Positions 10,215-22,808 are shown, numbered from the stretch's first letter. The stretch: DNA of 64,000 bases from an uncultured Actinomycetota bacterium (GCA_963809085.1 CAWEII010000024.1:6951-70950); one strand, 5' to 3'. The notes: generated from the sequence alone by a model not told the origin. A program made the numbers and translations.

Positions 10215-11090
10215 TCAGCGCAAATCGGCGATCGACGCCAATTCGCGCCATTCGCGACGGGGAAACTCCGTGGCGGATGCCAGCACGTGCAGTGCGAGGT
10301 GGTTGGCGCCGGCGTCGTAGAAGGCCCGCATCCGTGCCGCGATTGCGGCGAGGTCTCCCCACGCGGTGACGGCATCGATCAGCCGTTCGCTTGGGCCGTC
10401 GGTGAGGTCGACGTCGGTGAAACCTTGTGCGCGCAAACACGAATTGTAGCTGGGCATTCCGATGAACTGGCTCAGCCATTGACCTGCCGCCGCGTGGGCC
10501 TCGTCGCGGTCGCGTGTCAGTACCACAGGGACATATGGGGCAAGCAGGTTGTCCTTGCCGATCACGGACCTAGCCTTGGCGCAATAATCGGGAGTCACCA
10601 GGAACGGGTGGGTTCCAAGCGAGCGGCGCGCCGCGAGGTCGACCATCTGGGGGCCCATGGCTGCCAGGATCCGGTCAGCGGCATCGACAGACGGTTGAGC
10701 CGCGTCGAGCGCGTCCAGGTATGCGCTCATTTGTGCGATGGGACGAAAGCTGTCCCTGCCTCCGATTCCCTGCGCGGCCTCTGCGTTGCTGATACCCAGT
10801 CCGAGTAGAAATCGATGCCCGTATTCAGCCTGCAGCCGAGCGTGTTCGGTGCCTAGCTGCGCTGCGTCGTGCGCCCAGATACCGATCACCCCGGTCGCCA
10901 CCGTAAGTCGCTCGGTTGCCTGTAGCTGGCGTTCGACGACTTCTAGAATGCCCGTCCCGTCGAGGCCGGGTAGCCAGATCGCACCGAAGCCGAGATCGTC
11001 CAACTCGGCAGCGGCGTCGCGACTCTCGGATGAATCACCGAAACGCAGCTCAGTCGTCCACACGCCCAGATGTCCTATGTTCACGTGCAC
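10215..11090 (-). CDS. LLM-class F420-dependent oxidoreductase
   Basis: ELDDLGFGAIW, RFLLGLGIS, LAAMGPQM, GTHPFLVTP, AGANHLALHVL. Confidence 0.88.
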   Translation of the reverse strand: MHVNIGHLGVWTTELRFGDSSESRDAAAELDDLGFGAIWLPGLDGTGILEVVERQLQATERLTVATGVIGIWAHDAAQLGTEHARLQAEYGHRFLLGLGISNAEAAQGIGGRDSFRPIAQMSAYLDALDAAQPSVDAADRILAAMGPQMVDLAARRSLGTHPFLVTPDYCAKARSVIGKDNLLAPYVPVVLTRDRDEAHAAAGQWLSQFIGMPSYNSCLRAQGFTDVDLTDGPSERLIDAVTAWGDLAAIAARMRAFYDAGANHLALHVLASATEFPRREWRELASIADLR

Positions 11091-11171
11091 ACCTTTCGTT
11101 CATTGCCGAGTCTCGTGGGCCCATCAGCCCCAACAGCGAGGGTCCGCCGGCACCTCACCGTGGGCTGCATC

Positions 11172-11201
11172 CGAGTATACGTGACATGTCACGCATACTC
11201 G
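11172..11201. promoter_or_regulatory. 30-bp near-perfect palindrome, candidate repressor operator upstream of the LLM gene
   Basis: cgagtatacgtgaca|tgtcacgcatactcg, one mismatched pair. Confidence 0.55.
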
Positions 11202-11765
11202 AGAACTTCACTCCCAGGGACATGCGCGGCGTGCACGCAACCCCGCTACCCAGTCGCCAAGAAGGTGTACCCGAAGTCATGGGAGCGAACTATCCGATGG
11301 ACGAGTGACCGCACCCGGCGGCACCTCAGTACAGCCTGCGATCAAATCAGCTCGGATCCGCACCTGATGCCAACGTCGAGCGCCGTGACATGATCGCCGC
11401 CCCAACGCCAGCGTAGATGACCGCTGCCGTAAACGCGGCGCGAAAGTTCTTCCGCAGTATTCGACTGCGCACCAAGCGCGGCGATCGCATCCGCCACGTC
11501 GGCCACTATTCCGATCGGCGGCAGCGATGACGTCGCCTGCGGGCCGGCAGGGCGCAGCCGGGGATCGAGGTACGAATTCCATGGCACTATTGCGCCATGT
11601 CTTGTAGGCCAGATGTTTTGCGGCGTCGCGTTCAAAGACGTTGTGTCTGCGATGATTCGCCTGATGCACCAACTCGCGTCTGCCGAGGCATGCGGCGTCT
11701 GGGCGGCCTTCAGCCCGGACGAATGGTGTTGACTAGCAATGTGTTAGTGGACCACGGTGATGACC

Positions 11766-12461
11766 TCACCGCCAAGGTGCCTCGTCGTGGCGCGCCGCGC
11801 TCAAGCTGTTGGCATCCAGGTCGGTCCGGCTCAACTCGCCCCTCGACGGCTCGCTAAGTTCGTAGACGAGTAGGAAGCGCGGTACCCGATACAACGACCC
11901 GCCCTCCTTGGCGAACCATTCGGACGGCATCTGCACTTTGACGACATTGACGGCCTCGTTACCGAGCCACTCCAGCGCCTGCCGGTAGTCGACGTCGTGC
12001 ACCGGCCTGAGTTTGTAGTACAGCCGGAACAGTTCGACGTGGACCTTGAGGAACAGCCTTCCGTACCGGTTGTCCGGCATGTCCTCGAATACCAGTAGGC
12101 TATTTCGGGCAACCCGGCGGCATTCCTGAATCAGCGTCATCGGATCATGCGCATGGTGCAGGGTGAAGCTGAGCATCACGTGATCGAAGCTTTGGTCCGG
12201 GAACGGGATTCGCACTCCGTCGAAGACGGTGAACGCGATGTCGGTCGCATTGAAGTCCGCGACATCGAGGCCGGTGGGCTTCACCCCGTGCATCTCTTCC
12301 AGATACTTCGGAAGGTGTCCCGTGCCACACCCGACGTCGAGAATGCTGCTGCCGGGTAAGAGATGGTCACCGAGCATTCCCGCTTGGTGGCTCAGCCTCA
12401 CCGTGCAATCGGTGATCAATCGTTTCCGGACTCGCTCCAAGCCGCGACGTAGGTAAGACAT
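11766..12461 (-). CDS. Class I SAM-dependent methyltransferase
   Basis: ILDVGCGTG, PFPDQSFD, FTLHH; start placed at MSYLRR. Confidence 0.8.
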   Translation of the reverse strand: MSYLRRGLERVRKRLITDCTVRLSHQAGMLGDHLLPGSSILDVGCGTGHLPKYLEEMHGVKPTGLDVADFNATDIAFTVFDGVRIPFPDQSFDHVMLSFTLHHAHDPMTLIQECRRVARNSLLVFEDMPDNRYGRLFLKVHVELFRLYYKLRPVHDVDYRQALEWLGNEAVNVVKVQMPSEWFAKEGGSLYRVPRFLLVYELSEPSRGELSRTDLDANSLSAARHDEAPWR

Positions 12462-14023
12462 TCGGCTCCGCTCGGATCGTGGAGGTTGCGATGAGGGCAC
12501 TGGAGAAGCTATCACGGAACGTAGCAGCGATAACGCCTGTTTGTTAGCAATAGTCGTGCAGGTTAATGGGCTGTAGCTGCGGTAACACGCAAAACACTTC
12601 TTAGAAGAACCACCATGACACGCCGTGTACCCCCGGTTCGGTGACGCAGGCCACATTTCGGGCGCGATGAAGGTCACGTAGCGCCGGTACTTGCGAAACG
12701 TTAGCTTGAGTACGCAGAGTGATGCGGCTCTCCAGCGCGAGAGATCCCAACGCTCCACTGTCCGGCGCTGGTCTGCGATGCTGCACCTGACGAGCGGCAG
12801 CTGACACTTTGACTCCCAGCGCAATCGACCCGAGATGGCACGTCATGAAGATTCTCATCGCCTCCCCGCGGACCTACCGGACGTGCGCTCGCAGATCAAC
12901 CAGTGCCCCTCGACTGCAACGTCATTCTGCTGCCGACGTTACGTCGCACGGCCAACGCGAGCGATTAGAGCGATTGAATCGAGCCCGTCGGAAGATTCAT
13001 ATGGCGAGACACATACCCGCGGTGCGGCCTCACCGTCTTGGGAAGGCCGGCCCGCGACGTCTGGAAGGCAGGAAGTTGAGCATCGAAAACGCGGCCACGC
13101 GTGATGGCCCCGACAGGTCTTTCGGATGATGGCCACATTGGCAAGCCGGACCATGGGCATGCTTGCACTGCTGTCGGCGACCGTGCAGCGGCACGGTGCC
13201 GCCCTCGCCGCCGAGCGGGTCGCTGGGCGTGAGTCCAGCGAGCCCGCGCTGATCGACCCACCGCTCGGCGCCGGGGCGGCTCCCGGGTTCCTCGAATACC
13301 GCGCCAACACGGGCCAGTTCACCGGAACCTCGCTTCTCGATGTTTTTCGCGAGGATTCCCCGCGGTCCCCTAGGTGCTACGCTCAGGCAGCGCCCGGGCC
13401 GCATTCTGGCTCACCAACATGTTGATGCCGGTGATTCGTGGTGCAGGAGAGCACCCGCGTCGTAGATGCGTTGGGCGCCAGTGCCTTCGAGTACTTCGCC
13501 AACATCAAGACCAAGCACGCGAGTTCAGCGCCGCGCCGACGAACCCGTCAACCATGGTGAAGCTCGAAGCCGTCACGGCCATGGACACCACGGATGCGCA
13601 CCTCGTCGTCGATCTCGGGCGCGGACGGTGCCTTCAGTGCCGCACTGTCGCAGTACAATCCGGCGCGCACGGGCGCAGTCGTCGACTTGTTGAAATGACA
13701 ATGACCACGCCGACTTCCACTACCGCAATCTTGATGGGCATGGAAATGCTGACCGGCTTCACTGGCCAGCAACGCGAACTGTCGCACTTCCAGATCCGGC
13801 ACGTCGACGTCATTCCGATCGGTGGACCGGGCACCGAAGGGTTCCTCACCGACCGGATGAACTTTGTCAAAGGCCAAGCCGGACAACGGTTGACGGACCT
13901 CGATTTGGCCTTTGCGATCTTCCAGGTGTCATGCCCCTTCGACCGCGACGATCTCGCGGCGCGGCGAGTTGAACCGTCCAGGTCGTACCGCGGGATGCTC
14001 GGCAGCGGCGCGGGTTCCGCACG

Positions 14024-16268
14024 GTGAGAGCCACCGGAGCGCAAGAAGACACTCAAGAGTCGAAAGTAGTTCGGCGGGCGAGGAAGATGCTGTCCGAGTC
14101 GGCCACTCGGGGCTCGGGGGCAAAGGGATTTCGCCCCGACATCGAAGGCTTGCGCGCCGTCGCGGTGTTGGCCGTTGTCTTGTTTCACGCTGACGTGCCA
14201 GGCGTGGGTGGTGGGTTCATTGGCGTGGACGTGTTCTTCGTCATCTCGGGTTTCCTGATCACCGGGCTGCTGTGGCGCGAGGCCAGCACCGCTGGCACCG
14301 TCAGACTTCGCAGCTTCTATGGGGCGCGGGCCCGCCGGCTGTTGCCGGCATCGGCTGCGGTGGGCGTCGTCACCATGATCGGCTCGGCCTTGTTGCTCCC
14401 CCCGCTGCAGGTTCAATCCGTCACCCTTGACGGCATCACCAGCGCTTTGTACGTCAGCAATTACCGGTTCATCAGCTCGGGCGTGAAATACTTCGGCAAA
14501 CAGAACGTGCTGTCGCCGTCGCCATTTCAGCACTACTGGTCCTTGGGCGTGGAAGAGCAGTTCTACCTCGTATGGCCGATTTTGATTCTCGGCACGGCGT
14601 GGCTCATTCGACGCGCGCTCCGGCTCACCACCAGGGCCGACGCCACCTCCTCGGTACGCCCGTACCTGGTGGTCCTTGCGCTGGTCGCCGCCGTGTCGTT
14701 CGCGCTGTCGCTGGTGCTCACCTACCTAATACCCGCCGGTAGCGTTCTTCTCGTTGCCCACCCGGGCCTGGCAGTTGGCCGTCGGCGGCTTGGTGGCTCT
14801 CACGGCCGGCCAGTGGCACCGACTACCGACACGAACCGCTGGGTTCGCCGGATGGACGGGGCTGGCGCTGATCCTGGTTGCCTGCACTCACTTGAGCGGG
14901 ACGACGAGCTATCCGGGGATCGCCGCGTTGTTGCCCACACTCGGCGCGGTGCTGGTAATCGGCGCCGGCTGTGCCGGAGCCTCTCGAGGATGTGGCCGCG
15001 TCCTCGGATCGTCGCCAATGGGGGCAATCGGGCGGGTGTCGTACTCCTGGTATCTGTGGCACTGGCCGGTGCTGGTGCTCACACCAGCATTGCTGGGCCA
15101 CCCGCTCGGGCTGGCCGCCAAGTTGGCAGCCGTCCTGGTCTCTGCTGGGCTGGCCGTGCTGACCGTCCGCTTCATCGAGAACCCGTTGCGATTCGCCGAT
15201 CGCGTGCGCCGTTCCGCCCTGGCCAGTCTGGCGCTCGGCGGTGCCGCCACCGCGATGGCGGTCTGCGTGGGCGTGGTTCTGCTGGTAGGGGTGCCCAACC
15301 CGGTGGGCCGCGGCCCTGCGGCGAAACCGATGGTCATCTCTACGGCGTCTGTCCTTCCTGGATCCAACATGGAGGTGTACGACGCGGCGGTGCGAAACGT
15401 GTTCGCTCAGGTGCAGGCCGCGGTGGCGGCATCGGTCGATCTGAAAGCCGTCCCGTCGAACCTGAACCCACCACTGACAGACCAGACGGCTCAACAGTTG
15501 GGCATATTGACCCACGGCTGCCTGCGCGTGCTGCCCTTCGATTCCGGACAGCCCGAGTGCGCAGCGGGCGACATCGGCTCCACGACGACGGTGGCCCTGA
15601 TCGGCGACTCACGTGCCGCGATGTTCAATCCGGCGTTTCAGCAGGCCGCCGAACAGCGACACTGGCGGCTGGAAATGATGGCCAAGGCAGGCTGCCCGAT
15701 AACGGATTTGCCCCTCACCAACCGCTTCAATGACTTGGCTGAAGACATTCAACGCTGCTCGCAGTGGCGCGCCAACATCATGGCCCGGTTACGCGTCGAG
15801 CGTCCCCAACTGATCGTGGTGAGCTCGGCGCGTGCCTACGACGCCAACGGTGCCCACACGCTGGTGCCTGGCCTCAAGATGTACGACCGGGCGTGGATCG
15901 ACAGTTTGACCCGCCTCGTGCAGCAACTGCGCGACACCGGTGCGAAGGTGCTGGTGCTCGGTCCGACCGCTGATCCGCCCACACCGGTGCCACTCTGCCT
16001 GTCCGGGTACCTCGATGATGCGACGGCATGTGCGGCGGTACGGGGCGCAGAGCACGGACCCGGCATTGCCGCCGAGTCGGCAGCCACCCAAGCCGGCGGT
16101 GGACGATACGCCGACATCACCCAACTGTTCTGCACCGCGAACCGCTGCCCGGCCATCGTCGGCAACACCATGGTGTACTTCGACGCAGGTCACCTGACGC
16201 GCGAGTACTCCCAGCTCTTGGCGCCGGCAATGGGAGCGCTGGCCGATAGTGCGCTCGCCCACGGCTGA
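14024..16268 (+). CDS. Acyltransferase-3 plus SGNH-like domain protein (OafA/YrhL-like), frameshift near 14735
   Basis: FRPDIEGLRAVAV, GVDVFFVISGFLIT, HYWSLGVEEQFY, SYSWYLWHWP, LIGDS, DAGH split over ORFs 14024.. and 14754..16268. Confidence 0.85.
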
Positions 16269-16269
16269 C

Positions 16270-16860
16270 AACTGCACTCCGCAGCCGCGCCCACCGACAC
16301 CGTGCCGCCGTTGCGGGAGTTCACCTTCGGTCGCGGTCGCCAGCTCGAGTCGGTGCTGCGCGCGCACCTCGCGGGTCTGTGTCAGCGGGTCGACCTGTTG
16401 CCCGGAGCCGATGAGCGGGTGTTCATCGACATCGATTCGCTCGCTGGTGATGACCCGCCATCCGGCCCTCGATCGTGCGCTCGCGGTGATCGACGAACAC
16501 GCGTGGGCCCGATGCGCTATCCCGGTGCGGTCCGCGATCCTGACACCGGGGAGTGGATCTCCGATGCCGAGGTCGCTGAAATCCCCTAACCACCTTCGCA
16601 TCCTGTTCCCGGTCTGGCGGTATCACCCGTTCGTCACCAACACCGACCTACCCGTAGATCAGGCCGACGTCATCCACCGCTAGCACGCCATCATCGAAAG
16701 GGGCATCGTCAACATCCCGGTCCGACTTGCCCGCCCGCAACGCCGACCGATCCTTGCACTACCCACCCACTGAACCTGGACCACCCACTGGCTTGCGCTC
16801 TGGCACAACACCATCAACAGCCCACCACTGGCGAAGACACACTAACCACCTGCCGAAAAG
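16270..16860 (+). mobile_element. IS1380-family transposase remnant with internal deletions and stops
   Basis: LREFTFG..RQLESVLR..FIDIDSL, RYPGAVRDPDTGEWISDAEVAEIP, WRYHPFVTNT, NIPVRLARPQRRPILH fragments. Confidence 0.75.
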
Positions 16861-17144
16861 GCCCAACCTCATTGCACAGGAAAAGTTGGACAGACCAGCA
16901 GATACCCCACGACCATCACCCAGCGGATCAAGATCGTGCGAAACTTCGACTCGACTCAACGAAGTACGTCGCCGTCCCGCCGGCGCCCGTGCGGGATCAC
17001 TCCCCCATTACGGAAGCGGTGAACGCGGCACGATGCCCGCTCCGCCTCCGGGTCGATTCCCCCTGCCCCACCGTGCACAAATGGGTCAACAATCGCCGAA
17101 GTCGAACTCGAGCGTCCGCCAGCTGGCTGAACTCGTGCGAACGG

Positions 17145-17510
17145 GCGGCAGGCCGCCTACATCGACGCTCGTGCCCACGAAGTCGATGACGACCGTCGCC
17201 GACTGGTAGCGCAACGGCTATCACCAATCCCGCGACGTGCTGACCGGGGCCGGAGCGTCGAAGTCGCTGCGCGCGCGGCCAACGACAGGCGCCTCGACCC
17301 CGATACCGGTGAGCGGCAGCGATTCTCCTCGACGATCCTTCCGGCGTGGGCGCATAACTCACCGCAAATGAGCGAGCTGCTGCCGCTGTGGTGCCTGGAT
17401 GGCCGCTCGACCAGTGACTTCGGGCCGCTTGGAACAATTCCTTGAATCTGGCGCCGAGTAGTCGGCCACGACGATCACCCGGCTCACGGCGCAATGGCAG
17501 GACGCCGACG
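17145..17510 (+). mobile_element. IS256-family transposase remnant
   Basis: Frame-broken RNGYHQ.RDVLTGAG, DPDTGERQRFSSTILPAW, STSDFGP..EQFL, SATTITRLTAQWQD, characteristic of actinobacterial IS256 transposases. Confidence 0.75.
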
Positions 17511-17617
17511 ATTGCTAAGAAGCCTTGCGACAAGTAGGGTTTCGCTCACATGATGAGACGAAACCCACGAAATAGGTAGCGCAGAGACGGCGCTAACACG
17601 GGCGAGGACAGCACGCG

Positions 17618-17875
17618 ATGACGATGGTGGCGGATGACAATCCGACGACGGTGACCGAGATCGGCCGTCGCTTGAACCGGCTGCCGCTCGGCCGCATTCA
17701 CCGAAAGGTCGTCCTGGCGGTCGGTCTCGGGCTGTTCTTCGAGATGTACGAGATCGTCCTGGCGGCCACCATTGGCACCACGCTCAAGACCCGTTACCAC
17801 CTTGACGGCACCCTGGCCGCCCTGGTCCTCGTTGGCCGCTGGCGATGTCGCCGCCTCGCTCCTGTTCACGGCTGA
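17618..17875 (+). pseudogene. MFS transporter N-terminal fragment
   Basis: RLNRLPLGRIHRKVVLAVGLGLFFEMYE then loss of homology. Confidence 0.6.
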
Positions 17876-17953
17876 GAACACCGACGACGTCATCACTTAC
17901 CCCGGTGTCACCAAGGCCGTGTAGTCCCGGCCCACGTCCAATGAAGGAGAACC

Positions 17954-18607
17954 ATGCTGAATCGCTTTGCCACACTGGCCGCCTGCGCACTGATGCCACT
18001 TGGGACGGCGCCCATCGCATTGGCTGACCCGTCGCCCGCCGCGAATCCGGAACCGACGCCGGACAACGGCGTTGTGGTGTCCAATCCCCCTGGCGTGGTG
18101 ACGAGTCCGGACGGCTGGGTGTTGAACGTCGCAGCGAGCGATGAGACTCAGCTGCCGGTCGCGCCGCTGACGACCGCGACGTCATCGCGCGAGTATCTCG
18201 TCGGAGGCACGTTCACCGGTACGGTCACGGGCGTCGGCAAGACGAGCCTCCACGGCGGCACGCTCGAGGCGGGCTACCAGATCGGCTGCGGCATCGAACT
18301 TGCCTTCGTCGAACTCCTGGGCCAGGCGGGCGTAGGGCTCACGGCGACCGGTCTGATACCAACGGGCGTCAACTTCCCGACCTCCGGCGCGATCGTAGTT
18401 TCTCCGAAGCCTGGCACGGTCTCCACCGTCATCGTCGACAAGAAGTCCTTCAAGGCCGCACCCGCGCGCGTCACTCTCAAGGACATCCGCATCAAGGACG
18501 ACGGTTGCGTCGGTCAGTCGTACCTGCGGTCGTACGCAACGCTGACCAGCGCGACGACCGACACCGACGACGTCGTCGCCTACTACGGCGCGATCAAGGC
18601 CGTCTGA
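17954..18607 (+). CDS. MspA-family porin
   Basis: Signal peptide; PDGW, ETQLPVAPLTT..SSREYLVGG, LEAGYQIGCG, DGCVGQSYLRSYA; aaggag RBS. Confidence 0.88.
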   Translation: MLNRFATLAACALMPLGTAPIALADPSPAANPEPTPDNGVVVSNPPGVVTSPDGWVLNVAASDETQLPVAPLTTATSSREYLVGGTFTGTVTGVGKTSLHGGTLEAGYQIGCGIELAFVELLGQAGVGLTATGLIPTGVNFPTSGAIVVSPKPGTVSTVIVDKKSFKAAPARVTLKDIRIKDDGCVGQSYLRSYATLTSATTDTDDVVAYYGAIKAV

Positions 18608-19152
18608 CGTCAAGCATGGATTCGAACCAAGGGACGATGTCGGCCGCGAACATCGCGGTGACGGGATGAGCCACGGTCGCGGCATCGACGTAGACCGGGC
18701 GTACGTGTTCGACGACACTATCGCAGTACATATGCGATGAATGGCGAAAAGTGATGCGAGGCAGGGGCTGAATCCGTTTTGGACGATCGTGCGAGACCAC
18801 ATCGCGGTGACCGATTCGGGCAGGCAGATCCGATCTTGAATGCGGTCGAGTCAGGTAACGCTTCGACCCGGTGCGGTGAGCTTTGTCGACCAAGTCGTCA
18901 ACGACATCGACAGTTCGTCCGGGGTTGGGGTCAGGCGGTCGGGTCGTGGAGGTAGAGGCCGCACGCGTAGTCGAGGGCTTCTTCTGGGGTACCGACGGGG
19001 TATCCGCTGGGCAGCGCGCTGTTTTCGCAAAATCCCGCACGCCCGAACGCGCTTGTCAAGATCAACCGGACCCGACACCAGTCTCCATCGTCAGTCGGTG
19101 GATCGACGACCAAGACGGCTCACGGTAAGAGCACGGGTTTACGGTGGAGTGC

Positions 19153-19611
19153 ATGGCTACCCCCGACGGTTTTCATCCCGACTTCTCCCCCGATGCCGCG
19201 AAGGGTCCGCCCCGCAATCGTGTGCGCCACATAAAGTCTTCCGAACTCGATGCGCGCACGGCTCAGACGGATGGCATGCAGCGGTTCGCCGCTTTGAGCG
19301 GAGCCACCGTGGGCAGCGAGAAGTTGTGGATGGGAGAGACATTGGCCGCGCCGGGCAGCGTTTCGGCCAACCATCACCATGGTGACTCGGAGACGATGAT
19401 CTACATCCGCAGCGGTCGCCCGGAATTCGTGTTCTTCGACGGCGTAAGCGAGGTTCGCGTTCGCACCGAGCCCGGTGACTACATCTTCGTCCCGCCGCAC
19501 CTACCGCACCGCGAGGAAAACCCGGATCCGAGCGCACCGGCGGAACTGGTGATTGCGCGGAGCAGCCAGGAAGCCATCGTCGTGAATCTGCCGGCCTTGT
19601 ACGCGCTGTAG
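19153..19611 (+). CDS. Cupin domain protein
   Basis: HHHGDSETMIY, PGDYIFVPPHLPHREENP. Confidence 0.88.
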   Translation: MATPDGFHPDFSPDAAKGPPRNRVRHIKSSELDARTAQTDGMQRFAALSGATVGSEKLWMGETLAAPGSVSANHHHGDSETMIYIRSGRPEFVFFDGVSEVRVRTEPGDYIFVPPHLPHREENPDPSAPAELVIARSSQEAIVVNLPALYAL

Positions 19612-20186
19612 ATCCGATGGCGCCGTTCGTCGGGGCAACGAAGCCCCCAACGCTGACGACGGGCACGACGAAAGCGCCAATTTCACCTGCGGGGAGTGCC
19701 CGTGTGACGCAGCCAGGCTCACACCGTTGCCACCCGGAGGAGCTCAGCGGCGTACGTCCTGACGCTGGCCTCGCCGAAGAATGGCGGATCGTCAATCGGC
19801 GCGACGCCATTCACCGCCTTCCAGGAGTCCACGTCCTGGCGCACCGCCGATAGCCGATAGCGGAGCGGCGGAAATGGCGATGCCGTTGTCATGGCAGGTC
19901 TTCGTGCATCGCTATGCCGAGAGGGCCGTGACCCTGGCAGACTACTCGAAAGCCCTTGCGCTGATGGGGGTTGCACGCCGATTTCGAACCTGCCCCATGG
20001 CGCACAGCGCTTCCACGGTCCCGCAGCATCGACCGCGACGATCGGCACATCCCCACTGAAGGGCCTCTCGCGACGAACCGGTTCGGCCGCAGTGTCACGA
20101 AATGCGCCACTGCTCGGTCTTAACGGTAGACGGATCTCAACCGTCCACTTTCCGCAACGTCTCAAGGCCCCCACGAGGAGAAGAAC

Positions 20187-21102
20187 ATGAGCTTGGACAC
20201 CACCTCACCCATCATTGCGCCGAGGCCCGACGAGTTGGTTCCCTCGCGCTACGCGCTGCGGGTCGGCGATATTGACGTGATGGTGATCAGCGACGGGGTG
20301 CTGCCGATCACCACCGTCACGATGGCCACCAACGCCGCTCCTGCCGACCTGTCGGCCTGGCTGAAGGACATGTACCTGCCGCAGGAGATAATCGACTGGC
20401 CATTGAACGTGGCCGTGGTGCGCAGCGGTGGCCGGACCATCCTCATCGATTCCGGGCTGGGGACGGAGTTCCCGGACTTCCCGCGAGCCGGGCAGTTGGC
20501 CATGCGACTGGACGCCGCCGGAATAGATCCCGCATCCGTGACCGACGTCGTGCTCACCCACCTGCACATGGACCACATCGGCGGGCTGCTCGTCGACGGG
20601 CTGCGGAATCAGCTGCGGCAGGACCTGCGGGTCCACCTGGCATCGGCCGAGGCCGAGTTCTGGGAGGCGCCCGACTTCTCCCGCACGGTCATGCCGGCGC
20701 CGATTCCGGACGTGCTTCGGCGGACTGCCGCGCAGTTCCTGGACGTGTACCGCGGCCAGTTGCGGCCGTTCGAGACCGAATACGAGGTGGCGCCCGGAGT
20801 GCTGCGTCGTCCGCACCGGCGGTCACACCCCCGGCCACAGCATCGTCCGGCTGGAGTCCCGCGGCGAGCGACTGACGTTCGCCGGCGACGCCGTGTTCCA
20901 GCCTGGGTTCGACAACCCCGAGTGGTACAACGGCTTCGAACACGACCCCGAGGAGTCAGCCCGCGTCCGGGTCCGTCTCTTGACGGAGCTCGCGGCGAGC
21001 GGCGAGCAACTGGTGGCCACGCACCTGCCGTTCCCGTCCGTCTGCCACGTGGCGGTCGCTGGCAACGGCTTCCGGATGGTACCGGCCGTCTGGGATTACT
21101 GA
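20187..21102 (+). CDS. MBL-fold metallo-hydrolase, frameshift near 20805
   Basis: THLHMDHIGG, then GGHTPGH, AGDA and THLPFP in the next frame; aggag RBS. Confidence 0.88.
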
Positions 21103-21195
21103 CGCTCGTCGGGTCGTGCTTCGTGTCCCCGCACGGTGCCTGGTGTCAGGACCACCGAGCGTCGGGCAGGCGTAGCGATTCTCTAGCATCTACCG

Positions 21196-22528
21196 GTGAC
21201 CCGGATACTGCTGCGCGGTGCGCAGGTGATCACCATGGCACCCGGCCGGCCCGACAGCGAGCGCATCGACGTGCTGATCGAGGACAACCTCATCACCTGC
21301 ACGGGCGCCGATCTCGAGTCGGCGGGCGCCGACGTCGTCGACCTGCACGGCCGGATCGTCATTCCTGGCCTGGTCAATGCGCACCTGCACACCTGGCAGA
21401 CAGCCTTGCGGCTCGTCGGGGCCGACTGGACGCTGCCGCAGTACTTCACCCACGTGCGCGGCCGCATCGCGCCACACTATCGCCCCGACGACGTTCACAT
21501 CAGCAACCTGGTGGGTGCGCTCAACCAAATCAATTGCGGCACAACTACTCTCGGCGACTGGTGTCACAACAATCCCACTCCCGAGCACAGCGACGCCGCG
21601 GTGGCGGCGCTACAGAGTGCGGGCATCCGCGCCGTCTTCCTGCACGGTTCACCGAACCGCGCCCCCGACGTCGGTCACCCGCTCGAGGAAGTCGACCGGC
21701 TCATCGACGTCACCGCCGGCGAGTGCATCGCTGGTGAACGTGGGAATGGCCATCCTCGGTCCCCAACTGTCGACCCCCGACGTCGCGGTGGCGGACTTCC
21801 GCGCCGCCGCCGAGCGCGGCGTCCTGGCGTCGATGCACCAAAGCGGTGGTTTGCCTGCCCCCGCCTGGGACGCCGTCCGCCGGGCCGGCCTCTTCGGCCC
21901 CACCACGAACGTCGTGCACGGCGAAGGACTGACCGAGGAGTGGATCAAGCTGCTGGTCGATGCGGGTGTGACGTTCACCATCACACCCGAGAACGAACTC
22001 GGGCACGGCCACGGACAACCGATCACCGCACCGCTCTTGCGCTACGGAGCAGCGCCGTCGCTGGGCATCGACACCGAAACAGCCATCGGCGGAGAACTCC
22101 TCACGGCGGCGCGGGTTGCACTCGCGCACCAGCGGGGGCTCGACCACGAGCACAGTCGTCGGATCACCGGCGCGATGGCCGCCACACCGACGGTGACGTG
22201 CAAGCAGGCGCTGTCCTGGGCGACGGTCGAAGGGGCCCGCGCGCTCGGTGTCGGCGACCGCGTCGGCCGGATCGAACCCGGGATGCAGGCCGATGTGGTG
22301 GCCATCGACGCCCGCGCGCTGAACCTTTGGCCCGTGCACGATCCGGTAGCCACGGCACTGCACGCCGGCGTCGGCAACATCGAGGCGGTCATCGTCGCCG
22401 GGAAGTGGCGCAAACGCGAGCACCGACTGATCGGTGTGGATCTCGATGAACTCAAGAACCGACTTCTCGAGTCGGGAGACCGGCTTGGTCGCCTACTCAG
22501 CGATCATGATCGTGGTATCACGACGTAG
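21196..22528 (+). CDS. Amidohydrolase-family protein, frameshift near 21715
   Basis: PGLVNAHLH, SMH, NVVH, LGID, GRIEPGMQAD across two frames. Confidence 0.85.
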
Positions 22529-22808
22529 TGAGTACTCGGGGGGCGGCGAACCCGAAGTCCGCACGACTGGCGGCGTCGTGCGTGGCGGGTGGGAGAACGC
22601 CGTCGCGTTCTTCCGAGGGATTCCGTATGCCGCTCCACCGGTCGGTTCACGACGGTTCGCGCCGCCCGATGCGGCACAACCGTGGGACGGTACCCGCGAC
22701 GCACTGCAGTTCGGTCCGCCTGTCCCCCAAGCGGATTTCGCCGGTGCGGTGATGTCGTCGGTGTCGGGCAACGCCGCTGATGGCTCCGCGGAATGTCTGA
22801 CGCTCAAC
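22528..22808 (+). pseudogene. Type-B carboxylesterase N-terminal fragment, truncated
   Basis: VRTTGGVVRG, FRGIPYAAPPVG.RRF.PP, ECLTLN then abrupt end. Confidence 0.75.

Noticed and set aside
12845-14020. Possible glycosyltransferase remnant starting MKILIAS
   Set aside because: Only the first residues fit; no downstream GT motifs could be traced
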